Assembly: GCA_050012035.1 (NCBI GenBank)
Contig: JBEKHY010000003.1
Location: 104,622 to 168,621 of the forward strand
Direction of reading: 5' to 3'
DNA from: Verrucomicrobiota bacterium
GTDB taxonomy: Bacteria > Verrucomicrobiota > Verrucomicrobiia > Limisphaerales > UBA11358
Length of the DNA: 64,000 bases
Of this stretch, positions 7,236 through 20,700 are shown one piece after another; within the stretch, counting starts at the first letter, position 1, and the number at the start of each line of letters is the position of its first letter. The notes beneath the pieces are model-generated. The model was not told the DNA's origin. It worked only from the letters and a program-made list of their open reading frames with translations, and did not search any database. The position numbers and the translations under genes were made by a program.

Positions 7236-10200
7236 TCGGAGTGGCATGGCCCTGGTTATCACGTTGATCATGCTGTCGGTGACGCTCGTCATGGCCGTGG
7301 CCTTTCTGGCCATCAGCCGCCGCGAACGCAACGCCGTCACCACCACCACCGACACCGCCACCGCCCGGCTGGCTGCCGACGCCGCGCTCGCCGGCGCCGA
7401 GGCGCAAATCGTCGCGAACCTCTTTGCCTCCACCAATGCCGCCGCCTACAACTTCGGCCTGCTCGTCTCCACCAACTACATCAATGGCTACGGTTTTAAT
7501 CCGGCGGGAGGCGCCAACCCCACCAACGTCAATTTCGATTACACGTACAACGGAGCGGCGTTCAAGGCCGACGACCTCAATCAGGATTTCGCCAATCTGT
7601 TTTTTCTCCCGCGCGTGCCGGTCTATATGACCAACCTCGTCTTCCACACAAACGAAAACCGGTTTTATCTCGACCTCAACCGCAACGGCCGATTCGAGGA
7701 TACGCGCACGAACGTGCCCAACGTGGACTATCTGGGCGTGACGAACGGCACCATTCCCGAAGTCGGTGACCCCCAGTGGGTCGGCGTGCTGGACCACCCC
7801 GACGCGCCGCACGGGCCGAACAACCGGTTTGTGTCGCGCTACGCCTTCATCGCCGTGCCCGTCGGCAACACCCTCGACCTCAACGCCATTCACAACCAGG
7901 TCCTCAACGAACCCAGTGCGCCATCATCCATCCCGATTACGATTAACCCGCCGGCGAACGGCGACGGCTATTTCCGCAATCAAGGCGTTGGCTCCTGGGA
8001 AATCAATCTGGCCGCGTTTCTGGCCGACTTGAACACCAACCAGTGGGGTGAAACCATCGATCCGCCCAATGTTCAACCCAGCGCTCCGACTTATTACCAA
8101 TACAACGAACCTAAAAATTATAATCACGGTTACGCCTTTGACGACGCCCGGGCGCTGCTGGCTTACCGTTACGCGAACGATTACAATTCACTCGCTTCGG
8201 TGGACAGTTTATACGGCGTCGCTGGTCTCGGACACTTCGCGTTCTTATACGACAACATTGACGGTTATTCGGACGGGCCATTGATGACGACCTTGAATAC
8301 CAACGAATTTTCCTCCCCGGACAGACCCCAGTTGCCGTGGGCGGGCGCGGACAACACCAATCAATTCTTCACGCCGGAGGAATTGTTTGACACCAACAAA
8401 ACCGGAATCGGCGCGGCCGTGCCCCGTTTTACCGACCGCCTGCTCGCCGCCGGCACGAATACGTTCGGCGGCACCACCGTTCCCACCTACGACCGCTACA
8501 CGTTTTACCGGATGCTCGACGAGCTGGGTTCCGATTCCGTGCCGGACTCGGGCAAAATCAACCTCAATTATTCCAACGCCGTCGTCCAAACCGACCGCAA
8601 CGGAAGTATCACCAATATCGCCGTCATGCCCGGCGCAGAAACCAATTTCGTTCCGTGGACGACGACCAATTTCTTCCTGGCGGCGGCCGACCGGATGCTG
8701 CGCCTTTACAGCAGCAACTGGTTCCAGGGAAGCTCGTTCGACTATTACACGAATTACACTGCTGTCACCAACTGGATCTATGTTGACCAGTCCAATTATC
8801 TGGCGACTTATTACGGTATCTACACGAATTACTTCTCTTATGTTGATGCGCAGGGCCGTTATATTTGGAACGCGCCCAACGGACTTGGTCTCACCAACGT
8901 TCCGTTTTATGGCATGACCAACCAGGTGCCTGCGTTTGGCATCACGAACATTCCGGTCTGGGTGAACAACCAGTTTGTCTATACGCCCGCCGTCAACCGC
9001 CTGCTCCAACTGGCGGCCAATATTTACGACGCAACAACGAACAACAGCATCAACGGCTCACCGGATTATCCGCACGTCTTCCGACCGCTGTTTTCGCGGG
9101 ATGCAAACAGTGCGGGCATTCGCGGCATGGGTACCAATCTCTTTGTCAGCGGCTATGCTGAAGTTACGTCGGTCAACGTAGTCAACGGCGTAGTCAACGA
9201 CCTTCAACTCTCTCTCCCCGTTAACGCTTCGGCTTTGGCCACGACGAACGTTGCCGTCCACAACATGCCGGTGAATGTGTATGGCGTGCCGTGGATTATT
9301 GGCGCGAAGAAAGGGTTTCCGAACTTCAACGAGTTCTACATGGAGAGCGCCTTCCGGCTCACGCGCAAGCTGATGGTCACCCGCCAGAGCACCAATATGT
9401 CGACGCCGGCGCCGCCCCCGTCGAGTCCATTCTGGGGCTATTACGTGATGTATAATCTGAGCCTCAGCAACCATTTTGGTGTGGAATGCTGGAACTCCTA
9501 CCACTCCAATTACACCCGCCCGCTCACCATTTACATCACCGATGATTTGACGATGATACTGACCAACGACGAAGTGATGGGCGAAGGAGGACAGCTCTTT
9601 AACAACGGCTTCAGCAACCATCTGTTCACCAGCGTATCGGTGACGACCAACTCGTGGCAGGGTTACATTCCCGGCAGTCAATTCGCTCCGCTTTCATTCC
9701 TGACCAATTTCCCGGACCCATCCGGTTTGGGAATCATACCAACGAACTTTGCCGCCATACCGGATTCGCGGTATATGTTCAACGGCAACTCTCCCTATCT
9801 GACCACGAATCTGGATTTGTGGTATGAAACGACTGGCACCGGCTTTGGCACATATCCGGAACCGCACTGGTGGCTGACGATGGCCAATAACCTGCGATTG
9901 ATTATGGTGGACACCAGTGATCCGAACAATGGGAAGGTCATTGATTACGTGCAGTTGGCCGGGCCGAACAGCCTTCGGGATTTGACAGCGGAAATCCAGA
10001 GGGGGTATGACACGAGCCCGACCACAAACTACAATGATCTATGGGACACGAACCAAATTAGCCCTACCAGTGCTCCCAACGGAATTGCCAACCAGTATGC
10101 CATCTCCCAGGGAAACGGAAATCCAACCTGGACTCAAACCTTATGGGGCGACCAGAAGATGGCTTATGATGCGATGAATGCTTTTCGCGCCTTCACGATT

Positions 10201-11439
10201 GGCCCGGATTCAGAGATTACGTATGACGGATATGTGCCCGACCAGAATCTAATCGGCGCGGCCCTGATGACCAATGCCATGCAAATGCCTTACATGCCCA
10301 CGGCGCTGGTCGTGCAAGACATCGTCTGGCAGGCAAATGACCCGCTGGTGCATTACCTGGCCAGCGACTTGACAGATCCCACCGCCGGACAAGGGTTGCG
10401 GGTCTATCTGAATTGGCCGGGCAATCTGGGCCAGTTGAACCAGCGTTACCGGCCGTGGGGCGCCACCGGAGACACCAATGCCTACACGCTCGCCATCAAG
10501 GACCCGCTGATTTACAGCTCGGATGATTGGAATTTCCCGACGAACAGATTCCCGACGGTCGGCTGGCTGGGCCGCGTCCACCGCGGCACGCCGTGGCAGA
10601 CGGTTTATCTCAAGGCATCGGATGTCCTGTCCTTCACAAACATGTTCGGCAACTACGGCACCAACCTTTGGATTGACCGGACGGGCAATGTGAATCCGTT
10701 TGATGCCGCCAATACCGCGCCGAAGAAGGATTGGCTGTTGTTCGACGTATTCACCACGGCGTTCAACGACAACGCCACGCGGGGCCAGCTTTCCGTCAAC
10801 GTGGCGGCTGACAAGCTCGACCCGATGGCGGGTCTGGCGGCGTGGTCGGCCTTGTTCAGCGGCGTCATGGTCCTTTACAACAATGCGAGCGATAACACGC
10901 TTTTGCAGCCCACGTTTCGGCAGGGCGCTAATTCGATAACGACTTACACGGACTACCCCATTTCCCCGGCGGGACCGGGCACGAACTCGGCGCTGTGGCA
11001 ATTGGTGCAGGGCATTTACAACACGCGCACGAATTTCACGAATCCGGATGGCGTAAAAGGCGCTTTTGAGCACGTTGGCTACATTCTCTCCGTGCCGCAA
11101 CTGACTCAGTATTCGCCGTTCCTCAATGCGATTACCAATGGAGTCGGAGATGGCGTTCAACAGCAATATGGCATCAGCGATGAGATGTATGAATGGCTGC
11201 CGCAGCAGGTGATGTCGCTGTTGCGCGCCGGGCCGCCGCGTTACGTGATTTATTGCTACGGCCAGGCGCTCAAGCCGGCGCCCAATTCGCTGGTGACCGG
11301 CGGAACTTATTTCGGCATGTGCACGAATTATCAGGTGGTGGCGGAGAGCGCCGCGCGCGCGGTGGTGCGCGTGGACGGCGCGGGCACGTCCGCGCCGCGC
11401 GTGGTAGTGGAAAGTTTCAACCCTTTGCCGCCGGATTAA
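7213..11439 (+). CDS. Very large pilus/T2SS-associated protein with GspK/PilX-like hydrophobic N-terminus
   Basis: ~1400-aa uninterrupted ORF. The N-terminus (RSGMALVITLIMLSVTLVMAVAFLAISRRERN) resembles minor pseudopilin GspK/PilX anchors. Last gene of the pseudopilin run. Start is either GTG 7213 or ATG 7246. Confidence 0.8.
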   Translation: MSPVTRHPRSGMALVITLIMLSVTLVMAVAFLAISRRERNAVTTTTDTATARLAADAALAGAEAQIVANLFASTNAAAYNFGLLVSTNYINGYGFNPAGGANPTNVNFDYTYNGAAFKADDLNQDFANLFFLPRVPVYMTNLVFHTNENRFYLDLNRNGRFEDTRTNVPNVDYLGVTNGTIPEVGDPQWVGVLDHPDAPHGPNNRFVSRYAFIAVPVGNTLDLNAIHNQVLNEPSAPSSIPITINPPANGDGYFRNQGVGSWEINLAAFLADLNTNQWGETIDPPNVQPSAPTYYQYNEPKNYNHGYAFDDARALLAYRYANDYNSLASVDSLYGVAGLGHFAFLYDNIDGYSDGPLMTTLNTNEFSSPDRPQLPWAGADNTNQFFTPEELFDTNKTGIGAAVPRFTDRLLAAGTNTFGGTTVPTYDRYTFYRMLDELGSDSVPDSGKINLNYSNAVVQTDRNGSITNIAVMPGAETNFVPWTTTNFFLAAADRMLRLYSSNWFQGSSFDYYTNYTAVTNWIYVDQSNYLATYYGIYTNYFSYVDAQGRYIWNAPNGLGLTNVPFYGMTNQVPAFGITNIPVWVNNQFVYTPAVNRLLQLAANIYDATTNNSINGSPDYPHVFRPLFSRDANSAGIRGMGTNLFVSGYAEVTSVNVVNGVVNDLQLSLPVNASALATTNVAVHNMPVNVYGVPWIIGAKKGFPNFNEFYMESAFRLTRKLMVTRQSTNMSTPAPPPSSPFWGYYVMYNLSLSNHFGVECWNSYHSNYTRPLTIYITDDLTMILTNDEVMGEGGQLFNNGFSNHLFTSVSVTTNSWQGYIPGSQFAPLSFLTNFPDPSGLGIIPTNFAAIPDSRYMFNGNSPYLTTNLDLWYETTGTGFGTYPEPHWWLTMANNLRLIMVDTSDPNNGKVIDYVQLAGPNSLRDLTAEIQRGYDTSPTTNYNDLWDTNQISPTSAPNGIANQYAISQGNGNPTWTQTLWGDQKMAYDAMNAFRAFTIGPDSEITYDGYVPDQNLIGAALMTNAMQMPYMPTALVVQDIVWQANDPLVHYLASDLTDPTAGQGLRVYLNWPGNLGQLNQRYRPWGATGDTNAYTLAIKDPLIYSSDDWNFPTNRFPTVGWLGRVHRGTPWQTVYLKASDVLSFTNMFGNYGTNLWIDRTGNVNPFDAANTAPKKDWLLFDVFTTAFNDNATRGQLSVNVAADKLDPMAGLAAWSALFSGVMVLYNNASDNTLLQPTFRQGANSITTYTDYPISPAGPGTNSALWQLVQGIYNTRTNFTNPDGVKGAFEHVGYILSVPQLTQYSPFLNAITNGVGDGVQQQYGISDEMYEWLPQQVMSLLRAGPPRYVIYCYGQALKPAPNSLVTGGTYFGMCTNYQVVAESAARAVVRVDGAGTSAPRVVVESFNPLPPD

Positions 11440-11483
11440 CCGACAAGATATCAAACACGAACACGAAATACGAAAAACAATGT

Positions 11484-11539
11484 GGTAGGGACGGCTCGCC
11501 GAGCCGTCCGCACGGGCATCTCGGCGAGATGCCCCTACC
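11484..11539 (+). repeat. GGTAGGGAC-type nested REP element
   Basis: GGTAGGG-ACGGCTCGCCGAGCCGT-ccgcac-GGGCATCTCGGCGAGATGCCC-CTACC. Confidence 0.8.
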
Positions 11540-11787
11540 TGGATTGTGAACAACAAAGACAAGAAGACACAAAGAAGATGAAATCGTTGATTTTGTTTCC
11601 CCTCGCCCCGGCCCTCTCCCGGCGGGAGAGGGAGAATCGTCGCCAGTCAGTTGGCGAATCGGGTGACATCAGAAATTTCGTGAGAAGTGAACGGCTGTTC
11701 CCTCTCACCGGGGAAGAGCGTCAAGGTGAGGGGCAGTGTATGCCTCGCTTTGTTGACCGCTGTATGACATATTAACCGACCAACTTT

Positions 11788-14700
11788 ATGCGTTCGCGCC
11801 GCATCATTCTGATTTCCGCGTGCCTGCTGCTGGTGGCGGGCGCGTGGTTCTTCTGGCCGCGTGGGAATGGCCGGGCCGGCTCGTCCACCCTCCGCAGTAT
11901 TGCTACGGAGGACGGGTCCAACCGTCCGCACAAAGCGGTTGCCCCGACGGTCCGTTCCGGCCCGACCGTGGCCCAGGCCACGCCTTTGACCTTTCTCTCG
12001 ACCAACAACCCCCGGGCCGCCGCCGCCGCCCGGGCCAGGGCATACCGATTCCGTTTTCGCCTGGCCAACACCACCAAAACCATCGGCGAATTAACGCGCG
12101 ATCCGCACGCGATACTGCTGGCCAACGCGCTCATTGACACGGAGGCCAAACTCGATCTGGCCATTCCCAAAAACCTGCAAGCCACGGGCGACCCGGGCGC
12201 TTACATCGTCCAGGCCCACGGCCCGATTGACAATGCCTTCCGGGCGACGCTGGCGGCAGCGGGCGCGCAAATCGTTTCCTACATCCCGAACAATGCCTAC
12301 CTCGTGAACCTTTCCGCGAGCGGCGCGAACAGCATCGCGTCGGAAGGATTTTCGGTGATTCCCTACGAGCCATATTACAAATTGAGTTCGTCGCTGCTGG
12401 CGGCGGTGGCGAACAACCAGCCGGCGGGTGAATTGAAGGTGGCGGCGTTTCCGGGCACGGCCGACGCCACCAAAACCGCGTTGGCAAAAATCGGCGTGAC
12501 CGTCGTTGCGGAAGAAACCACCCCGCTCGGCCCGTTGTTCGTCCTGCAGAACGTGAGCGACGTGACCGCCGTCGCGCAAATTCCCACGGTGCACATTGTC
12601 GAGCCGTCCTACAAGCGCGTCCCGGCGAACGATTTGTCGCGCGCGACGGTGGGCGTGGCGGCGAATGCGCAAACAACCAACAATTATATGAATCTTTCCG
12701 GGGCGAATGTGCTCGTGGAGGTGAACGACTCGGGCATTGACGCAACGCATCCGGATTTGTTGCCCCGGGTGTCCGGCGATCTGCCAACCAGCCTCGTGGA
12801 CACCGACGGCCACGGCACGCATGTGGCGGGCATCATTGCCGGTAACGGGGCGATGTCCACGACCGTGAGCAACGTGCCGGGTTCGACCTTTGGCACCAAC
12901 GGTTTCGCGGCGGTCGGCCAATTTCGCGGCATGGCGCCGGCGGCCCAATTGATTTCGGTAGGTTCCCTGGGTGGTGATACCAACGCCACGTCCGACCGTT
13001 ATTTGCAGGAAACACCGGCGCAAAGGAACGCGCTGATTTCCAACAACAGTTGGAATTACGATGGCGACAATGACTATGACCTGGCGGCGGCGAGCTACGA
13101 CGCGGCGGTGCGCGATGCGCTGGCGCAGGTGACCGGCTCGCAGCCGGTGCTGTTCGTGTTTTCGGCGGGCAACGACGGCAATGGCGACGACACGGACAGT
13201 TCACCCAACGGCACGCCCGACAGCATCGAATCGCCCGCCACGGCCAAAAACGTCATCACCGTGGGCGCCATCCAGGAGTTACGCAACATTAACAATCAGG
13301 TGACCAATGCGGATGGCACAGTTACCACTCCGTGGTTCAACGAAACCAGCACCGATTCCCGCGTCTACAGTTCTTCCGGCCGCGGCAACGTGGGCATCCT
13401 GACGGAGGGTACCTATGGCCGGTTCAAGCCGGACGTGGTGGCGCCGGGCACGTTTATTGTTTCCACCCGCTCCAGCCAGTGGGACATCGGGACGTTTTTC
13501 TTTGCCAGCCCGACCAACATCAGCGTCGGGATTAACCACATCGCACCCATCAAGCCGAACAGGCTGGGAGCAAATACATTTCCGCCTGTGTTTACGAATA
13601 CCGTTCAAGTGACCATCCAGTTGCTTCCCAACGGGGATTCGCCGGTTCCGTTTCCCAATCTGCCGATCTATTTCGGACTGCTGAGTCTAACACCAGTCTA
13701 CGATCATTTTACAACCAACAACCAGGTTTCCATCCCGCTCGACGGCGGCCTGACCATTGCCGACATCCTTAACACCGAAAGCATATATGGTGACTCATAT
13801 GCTTTCTACTACGCCATCAGCAACAGCACCAGCGAGCCGATCACTATGGATGTCGTTACCGAAATCTTCACAACCAACAACCCCGGCAACTCGCAACTGG
13901 TGTTGAGCAATTTGAACCAGTTCATCGGCACGCCCAACCCCAACAGCACCGGGCCGGGGCCGTATTACCGTTATGAAACCGGCACCAGCATGTCCGCGGC
14001 GGACGTGTCCGGCGTGCTGGCGTTGATAGACGATTACTTCACCAACACGCTGCGAACCGTGCCCAGCCCGGCGTTGCTCAAGGCCCTGCTCATCAATGGC
14101 GCGCGTCCCACCCAGGGTTACAACCTGCTGGTCCAAAACAATAACAACCCCGAAGGTTGGGGTTTGATCAGCCTGCCGGACTCGCTGCCGTCGGGCGTGA
14201 CGAACGTATCCGGCCCAAACGCAAGCTGCTCCAGCTTCTTTATTGACCAAAGCCCGACCAACGCGCTGGCCACCGGTGACCGCCATACGTTCCTGGTGAG
14301 CGTCAATCCCACCAATGGCGCGCAGGCGTATCCGTTGCGCGTGACGCTGGCCTGGACCGACCCGCCCGGCGACCCTGCCGCCGCCGTCAAGCTCGTCAAC
14401 AATCTCGACCTCGTCGTGACCAATCTCGATAACCCGGCAAATCCCGTTATTTTCTACGGCAACGACATCGGCGCGAGCTCGAGCTTTCCCTTCAACAACG
14501 CCCATGGCACGAACGACCCGGCCAATTTTGATAACATCAACAATATCGAGAATGTTTTCATCTCGTCGCAGCCGCAACTGGGCACGAATTATTCCATCAC
14601 CGTCATCGGCCGCGGCGTGAACGTCAACGCCGTCACCGCGCAGACGAACAACATCGTGCAGGATTTTGCGCTGGTGATTTCGTGCGGCGAAGGCGAAGTG

Positions 14701-17700
14701 ACCAATGCGATGACGGTGACCGACGCCGGCATTGCCACCAGTCCCACAAGCGACCAGCAGATCAATTTTCTCGTCGCCACCAATTCGCCGCTGCTCAACC
14801 AGTTCGTCGGCGCTAGCTCGCCGTTGCTGGGCACCAATACCATTCTTACCGGAACCAATTTCGGGTTTGCCCCCAACGCCATCCTTACGCTGGGTCAGAC
14901 CAACCAGTGGCATTTTTATGTGATTACCAATACGCTCGGTTATTCCAACGCCGCCTTCATCACGTTCCTGCCGGACACGCTTTCCATCCCGCGCATGGGT
15001 GTGTTTGCGGATTCGACGGCCAACGCCACCACCCCGGAAGCGGACATTGACGTGTATGTAACTACGGATTCGGGGTTGACGAATCTCAACCCGGTGACGA
15101 TTTCCAACTGCGTCCACGGCACCCAGGTTGGATTATCAGTTGGCATTCCGCCGGTCTTCAACGGCGCGTCATTGAGCCGCGGCGGCACCGAGTTCGTTGC
15201 GGACACGAACTCCCAGCCCCAGGAAATCTATTACATCGGCGTGCAGTCGGAGAGCCAGATGGCATCGGAATACGATTTTCTGCCCATCTTCAGCCAGACG
15301 CCGTTCAGCACGTTGAATAACGGCGTTCAGACCGTCAATGGGCAGCTACTCCCGGTCAACATCCCCGACGGCAACCTGCCGCACCCGGGCATCGCTTACA
15401 TTTTCGGGCTGGCCATTTATCCGATGACCGCGAATCAGGTCATCGCGAACGACGCGATTGTTCACACGAATTATGGCGACCTCATCGGCACGCTCAATCA
15501 CAACGGCGTCCGGACGGTGCTCAACAACCACGATGAGTTCGGCGGTGCGCCGGGACCTTTCACTTTTAGCTATGATGATTTTCCGGGCGGCACCAACCGG
15601 GCGTCGGATGGACCGGGCAGTCTGCTGAACTTCACCGGCAAGGAAGGCATCGGCCCGTGGATGCTGGTTGAAGCGGACACGCACCCGACCCAGGCCGGCT
15701 ACGTGTCGAACTACAGTCTGACCATTACACCTCACCAAAACGCCGCCAACGGCATTTACATCACACTCCAACCGGGCCAGTCTTACCGGGATTACATTGA
15801 CGCGCCGGTAGGCTATACCAGCTTTACGGTGTTTGCGACGAATCTGCCGCCGCCCCTTCCTGCACCAATGCAACTCTTTGTCGAACCAGTGCCAAATGTG
15901 GTTCCACCACTTCCACCAGCGACCGACACCAATGAATTGGGGCCAGCAGGGCTGACCAATGGTGTTATACCGGGCAATTCGCTCTCAGTGGGTCCGCCGC
16001 TGACGCCGGGACGTTATTGGTATGTCGTTTACAACCCGCTCGGCAACCCGCTCGCTACGACGACAAACCTTTATATTCTTGCCAAGTTGAACTTCTCGCA
16101 GTCGGCGATTACGACGGTGGATTATCGTTCGAGCGGGCCGGTGCCGATTTTGGATGACGCGGTGTCGTATTCGATCATCAACGTGCCGAACACGGACACC
16201 ATCCAGGACTTCAACGTGGGGCTGCGGGTGGACCATCCGCGCATTTCGGACCTGGTGTTTCATTTAATCACCCCGGACGGCACGCGCTATCTGCTGATGG
16301 AAAACCGGGGCGGCACCAGTACCAACGGCTGCGGCGCAACCATCACCAACAGTTTCTTTGCCCCGGCATCGTCTTCCGGCAGCTATCAGCCCTCCACCAA
16401 CGTCATTGACACCGGCGAAACCGCCGGCTCGTTCACCGTCAACTACAATTTCTTCCCCGTCCCGGACGAGATGGAAATATTTTACGAGGGCACCGTGCTC
16501 ACCAACACCGGGTTCATCAGCGGCCCCGGTCAGTTCAACCTCAACTTCGGCCCCGGCACCAGCACCCAGATCACGGTCGTCATGAACCCGAACAGCAATC
16601 CGATCCAGGCCACGTACTGGACTTACACCGTCAGCGGTTCCCAGACCCACTTCCTTTACCTCGCGTTCACCGAGAACACGAACCTGACAACCACGCCCAT
16701 CAAGTACGCGCCGCCGCCGTTTGTGCCCGTGTATTTCACGACCAATTTCACCCTGGGCGATTTTGACTTCGCGGCGGCGGGGGATTATGTGGCGCCCACG
16801 AACGTGGCCGGCTGGGGCGTGACCACCAACCAGGTGAGCGTGGTCAATGACCCGCCCAATGCCCCGGTCGGAAACCAATTTCTGGCATTGGTGCTCGGGA
16901 CCATTACCACAAACCTGCCCACCATCCCCGGTGTGACCTACACCCTCAGTTACAACTATCGCGGGCCGGGCGTCGTCGGCTGGTGGCGCGGTGAAAACAC
17001 TACGACCAATGAACTGGCGGGAGTCAATGATGGTATCGGGAATCCTACCTATGGCGCCGGAAAGGTGGGCAATGGTTTCGTAATCAGCGACGCCAACGCT
17101 TACGTGGAAATTCCCGCCAGTTCGTCGCTGGACGTTGGTTCGGGACCCGGACTGACTTTGGAAGCGTGGATCAATCCCACCGATGTGACCAGTGGCGCTA
17201 TTCATCCGGTTTTTGAGTGGAACGACGCTATCAATGCACAAACCACCGGCCTCAGCGGAGTTTACTTGTGGGTAACATCCCCCGGCGTTCTTACCGCCAA
17301 CCTCGTGGATGCCAATACTGACTCAACGAATGTCTTCCAAACGGGACCAAACGCGATCTCGGCGAATGCTTTTCAACATGTGGCGCTGACTTACAACCAA
17401 ACGACCGGTGTGGCGATTCTCTATACGAATGGGGTCGCTGCTGCCAGCACTAATTTGGTCATCGTTCCACAAACGAGCTACAATTTGTGGCTGGGGTATA
17501 ATCCCGGCAACCCACTAGGCATGGCCAGCGACCACCCCGCCGTTTTCGATGGTACGATTGATGAACCCAGCATCTACAACCGCGCCCTTTCGGCGAGTGA
17601 AATCAAGGCCATTTATACCCTGGGCGGCGCGGGCAAATTCTTTCAGAGCTCCGAGGTTTCGGCTCCGGAGAACCTCGCCGTGGCGAGCGTCACCATTCCC

Positions 17701-20700
17701 GGAGTCGGCACCAGTGTCATTTATGGCAACAATACCACCTGGCAGTCGGGCGGGGCCACCTTCACGGCCGCCTGGACCCAGACGCCGGTGACTATCAGCG
17801 GGATTGAGCCGGGGATTTTGCTGGATGACTTCTCCCTGTCCGGGGCGAAAGGCGGCAATCTGTATTACCAGCCGGAAGAGGACATGAGCGCCATCAACGG
17901 CACCAGCGCCAAGGGCACCAGCGGCAAGGGCACATGGACCCTGGAAATTCAGGATGACCGCGCGGGCGACGCCGGCACGCTTCTGGGCTGGCAACTGGAA
18001 TTCCTCTTTGCCAACACCAATGTCATACCGCCACCGCCCACCCTCATCGGCGGCCAGCCGCAAACGAATGTCATTCCCCCGGGCGGTTTCGCGTATTTCG
18101 GCGTCCTCGTGCCCGCAAACGCGGACATCGCCACGAATATCCTGCTGTTCAGCACCGGGCCGGTGAACCTGTGGTTTAACTCAAACAACCTGCCCGTCGG
18201 CGCAAGCCCGCCGGATTATCTGCTGATGGGCACCGCAACCAATGGCGTTTCAATTTTGACCACCACGAGCGTGCCGACGAACATCGTGCCCGGCTCGATT
18301 TATTATCTGGGCGTGCAAAACCCGAACAGTTACACCGTCACCAACGCCATCGAAGTGGACTTTCATTATTTGACCGCGGCCAGCCCGCCCATCGTCATCT
18401 CCGGCATCATGGCCACCAACATCGGCGGGAAGTTCGGTTTCCTGCTCACCTGGTATGCCCCCACCAACGATATCTTCATGGTGCAATGGACGGGCAGCCT
18501 CAATCCGCCCGTCACGTGGAACACCTTCACCAACATCATCACGTACACGTCGCTTACGCCCACGAACGGCATTGGCTTCTTCGAGTTCTTTGATGATGGC
18601 TCGCAGACCGGCGGGTTTGGCCCCCAGCGCTTTTACCGGTTGCTCCTGATAGCGCAAAGCCTGATCAACGGCCAGACGTACACCATTGCCCCCGGAGCCA
18701 CTAACTTCTTTTCGGTCAACGTGCCGACCAACGCGGATTTCGCCACCAACAGTCTGCTGTTCGCCACCGGGCCGCTGAACATCTGGTTCGACACGAATGC
18801 GCCGCCCACGACCGATGTCTTTCTGTTCAGCGGGACCAGTGGCTCCTACATCCTGTCCACGACCGGCACTCCGCCGCTGGTGCCCGGCGGGACTTATTAT
18901 CTGGGCGTGCAAAACACAAACAGTTTCAGCGTGACTTACGCCCTCGCGGTGGACTTTCATTTGTTGTTGCCCCCGCCCCCCATTTTCATCTCCGGCATCA
19001 CCTACACCAACATCGGCGGGACGAATGGGTTCCTGCTCACGTGGTATGCCCCCACCAACGATATCTTCATGGTGCAATGGACGGGCAGCCTCAATCCGCC
19101 CGTCGCGTGGAACACCTTCACCAACATCATCACTTACACCGGCCCGCCGCCGCCACCCACAAATGGCATCGGCCTGTTCAGCTTCTTCGATGACGGCTCG
19201 CAGACCGGCGGGTTTGGCCCCCAGCGCTTTTACCGGCTGCTGCTGGTGGGCAGCCTCGCCGGCGGTGTGCCGCAGACAAACTCCGTTTTGACCGGCGGCC
19301 TGGATTACTTCCGGGTCAACGTGCCGACGAACGCGGATTTCGCCACCAACACCCTGCTCTTTGCCGGCGCGCCGGTGAACGTGTGGTTCGCCACGAACCC
19401 CCCGCCCGCCACCAATGTCTTTCTGTTCAGCGGAACCAATGGGTCTTACACCCTGTCAACGACCGGCACCCCGCCGCTGGTGCCCGGCGGGACTTACTGG
19501 CTGATCGTGCAAAACACGAACAGTTTCACCGTCACTTACGGCCTCGAAGTGGACTTTCATTTGTTGTTGGCCCCGCCCCCCATTTTCATCTCCGGCATCA
19601 CCTACACCAACATCGGCGGGACGAACGGGTTCCTGCTCACGTGGCTCGCGCCGACCAACGACGTTTTCCAGGTGCAATGGTCGGACACGTTGTCGCCGGC
19701 GAACTGGCAGTTCTTCACCAATTTTATTTATTACACCGGCCCGCCCACGCCCACGAACGGGTGGTTCTCCTTCTTCGACGACGGCTCGCAGACCGGCGGG
19801 TTTGGCCCCCAGCGCTTTTACCGGCTGCTGCTGGTGGGCAGCCTCGCCGGCGGTGTGCCGCAGACAAACTCCGTTGCCACCGGCGGCCTTGATTACTTCC
19901 GGGTCAACGTGCCGACGAACGCGGATTTTGCCACCAACACCCTGCTCTTTGCCGGCGCGCCGGTGAACGTGTGGTTCGCCACGAACCCCCCGCCCGCGAC
20001 CAATCTCTTTTTGTTCAGCGGAACCAATGGGTCTTACACCCTGTCCACGACCGGCACTCCGCCGCTGGTGCCCGGCGGGACTTACTGGCTGATCGTGCAA
20101 AACCCGAAAAGTTTCACCGTCACTTACGGCCTCGAAGTGGATTTCCACCTGCAGACCGCGGCGAACATTCCGATTACGGTTTCGGGCATCACGTTCACGA
20201 ATCTGAACGGAACGAACGGTTTCCTGCTCACGTGGCTCGCGCCGACCAACGACGTTTTCCAGGTGCAATGGTCGGACACTTTGTCGCCGGCGAACTGGCA
20301 GTTCTTCACCAATTTTATTTATTACACCGGCCCGCCCACGCCCACGAACGGGTGGTTCTCCTTCTTCGACGACGGCTCGCAAACGCCGCCCGGTTTGCCG
20401 CCGGCGCGTTATTACCGGATCGTGCTGGCCGGCTCGGGCGCGTCAACGCACACCAACGCGGTGTTCCTCAGCAGCGTCGTCTCGACCAACATGACCGGGA
20501 CGAACGGTTTCTGGCTCACGTGGTCCGCGCCGACGAATTATCTCTTCGAGGTGCAATGGACAACCAATCTGGTGCCGGTCGTCACGTGGCGCACGTTCCC
20601 GGACATCATTGGTTACAGCACACTCGTCGGCCCCTCGAACAGCCTGTTCAATTTCTTTGACAATGGCGCGCAAGGCGGCCTCGGCCCGTTGAAATTTTAC

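Noticed and set aside
11482-11775. 97-aa + strand ORF between the two giant genes.
   Set aside because: Its sequence is the read-through of three palindromic repeat elements, with no coding signature.
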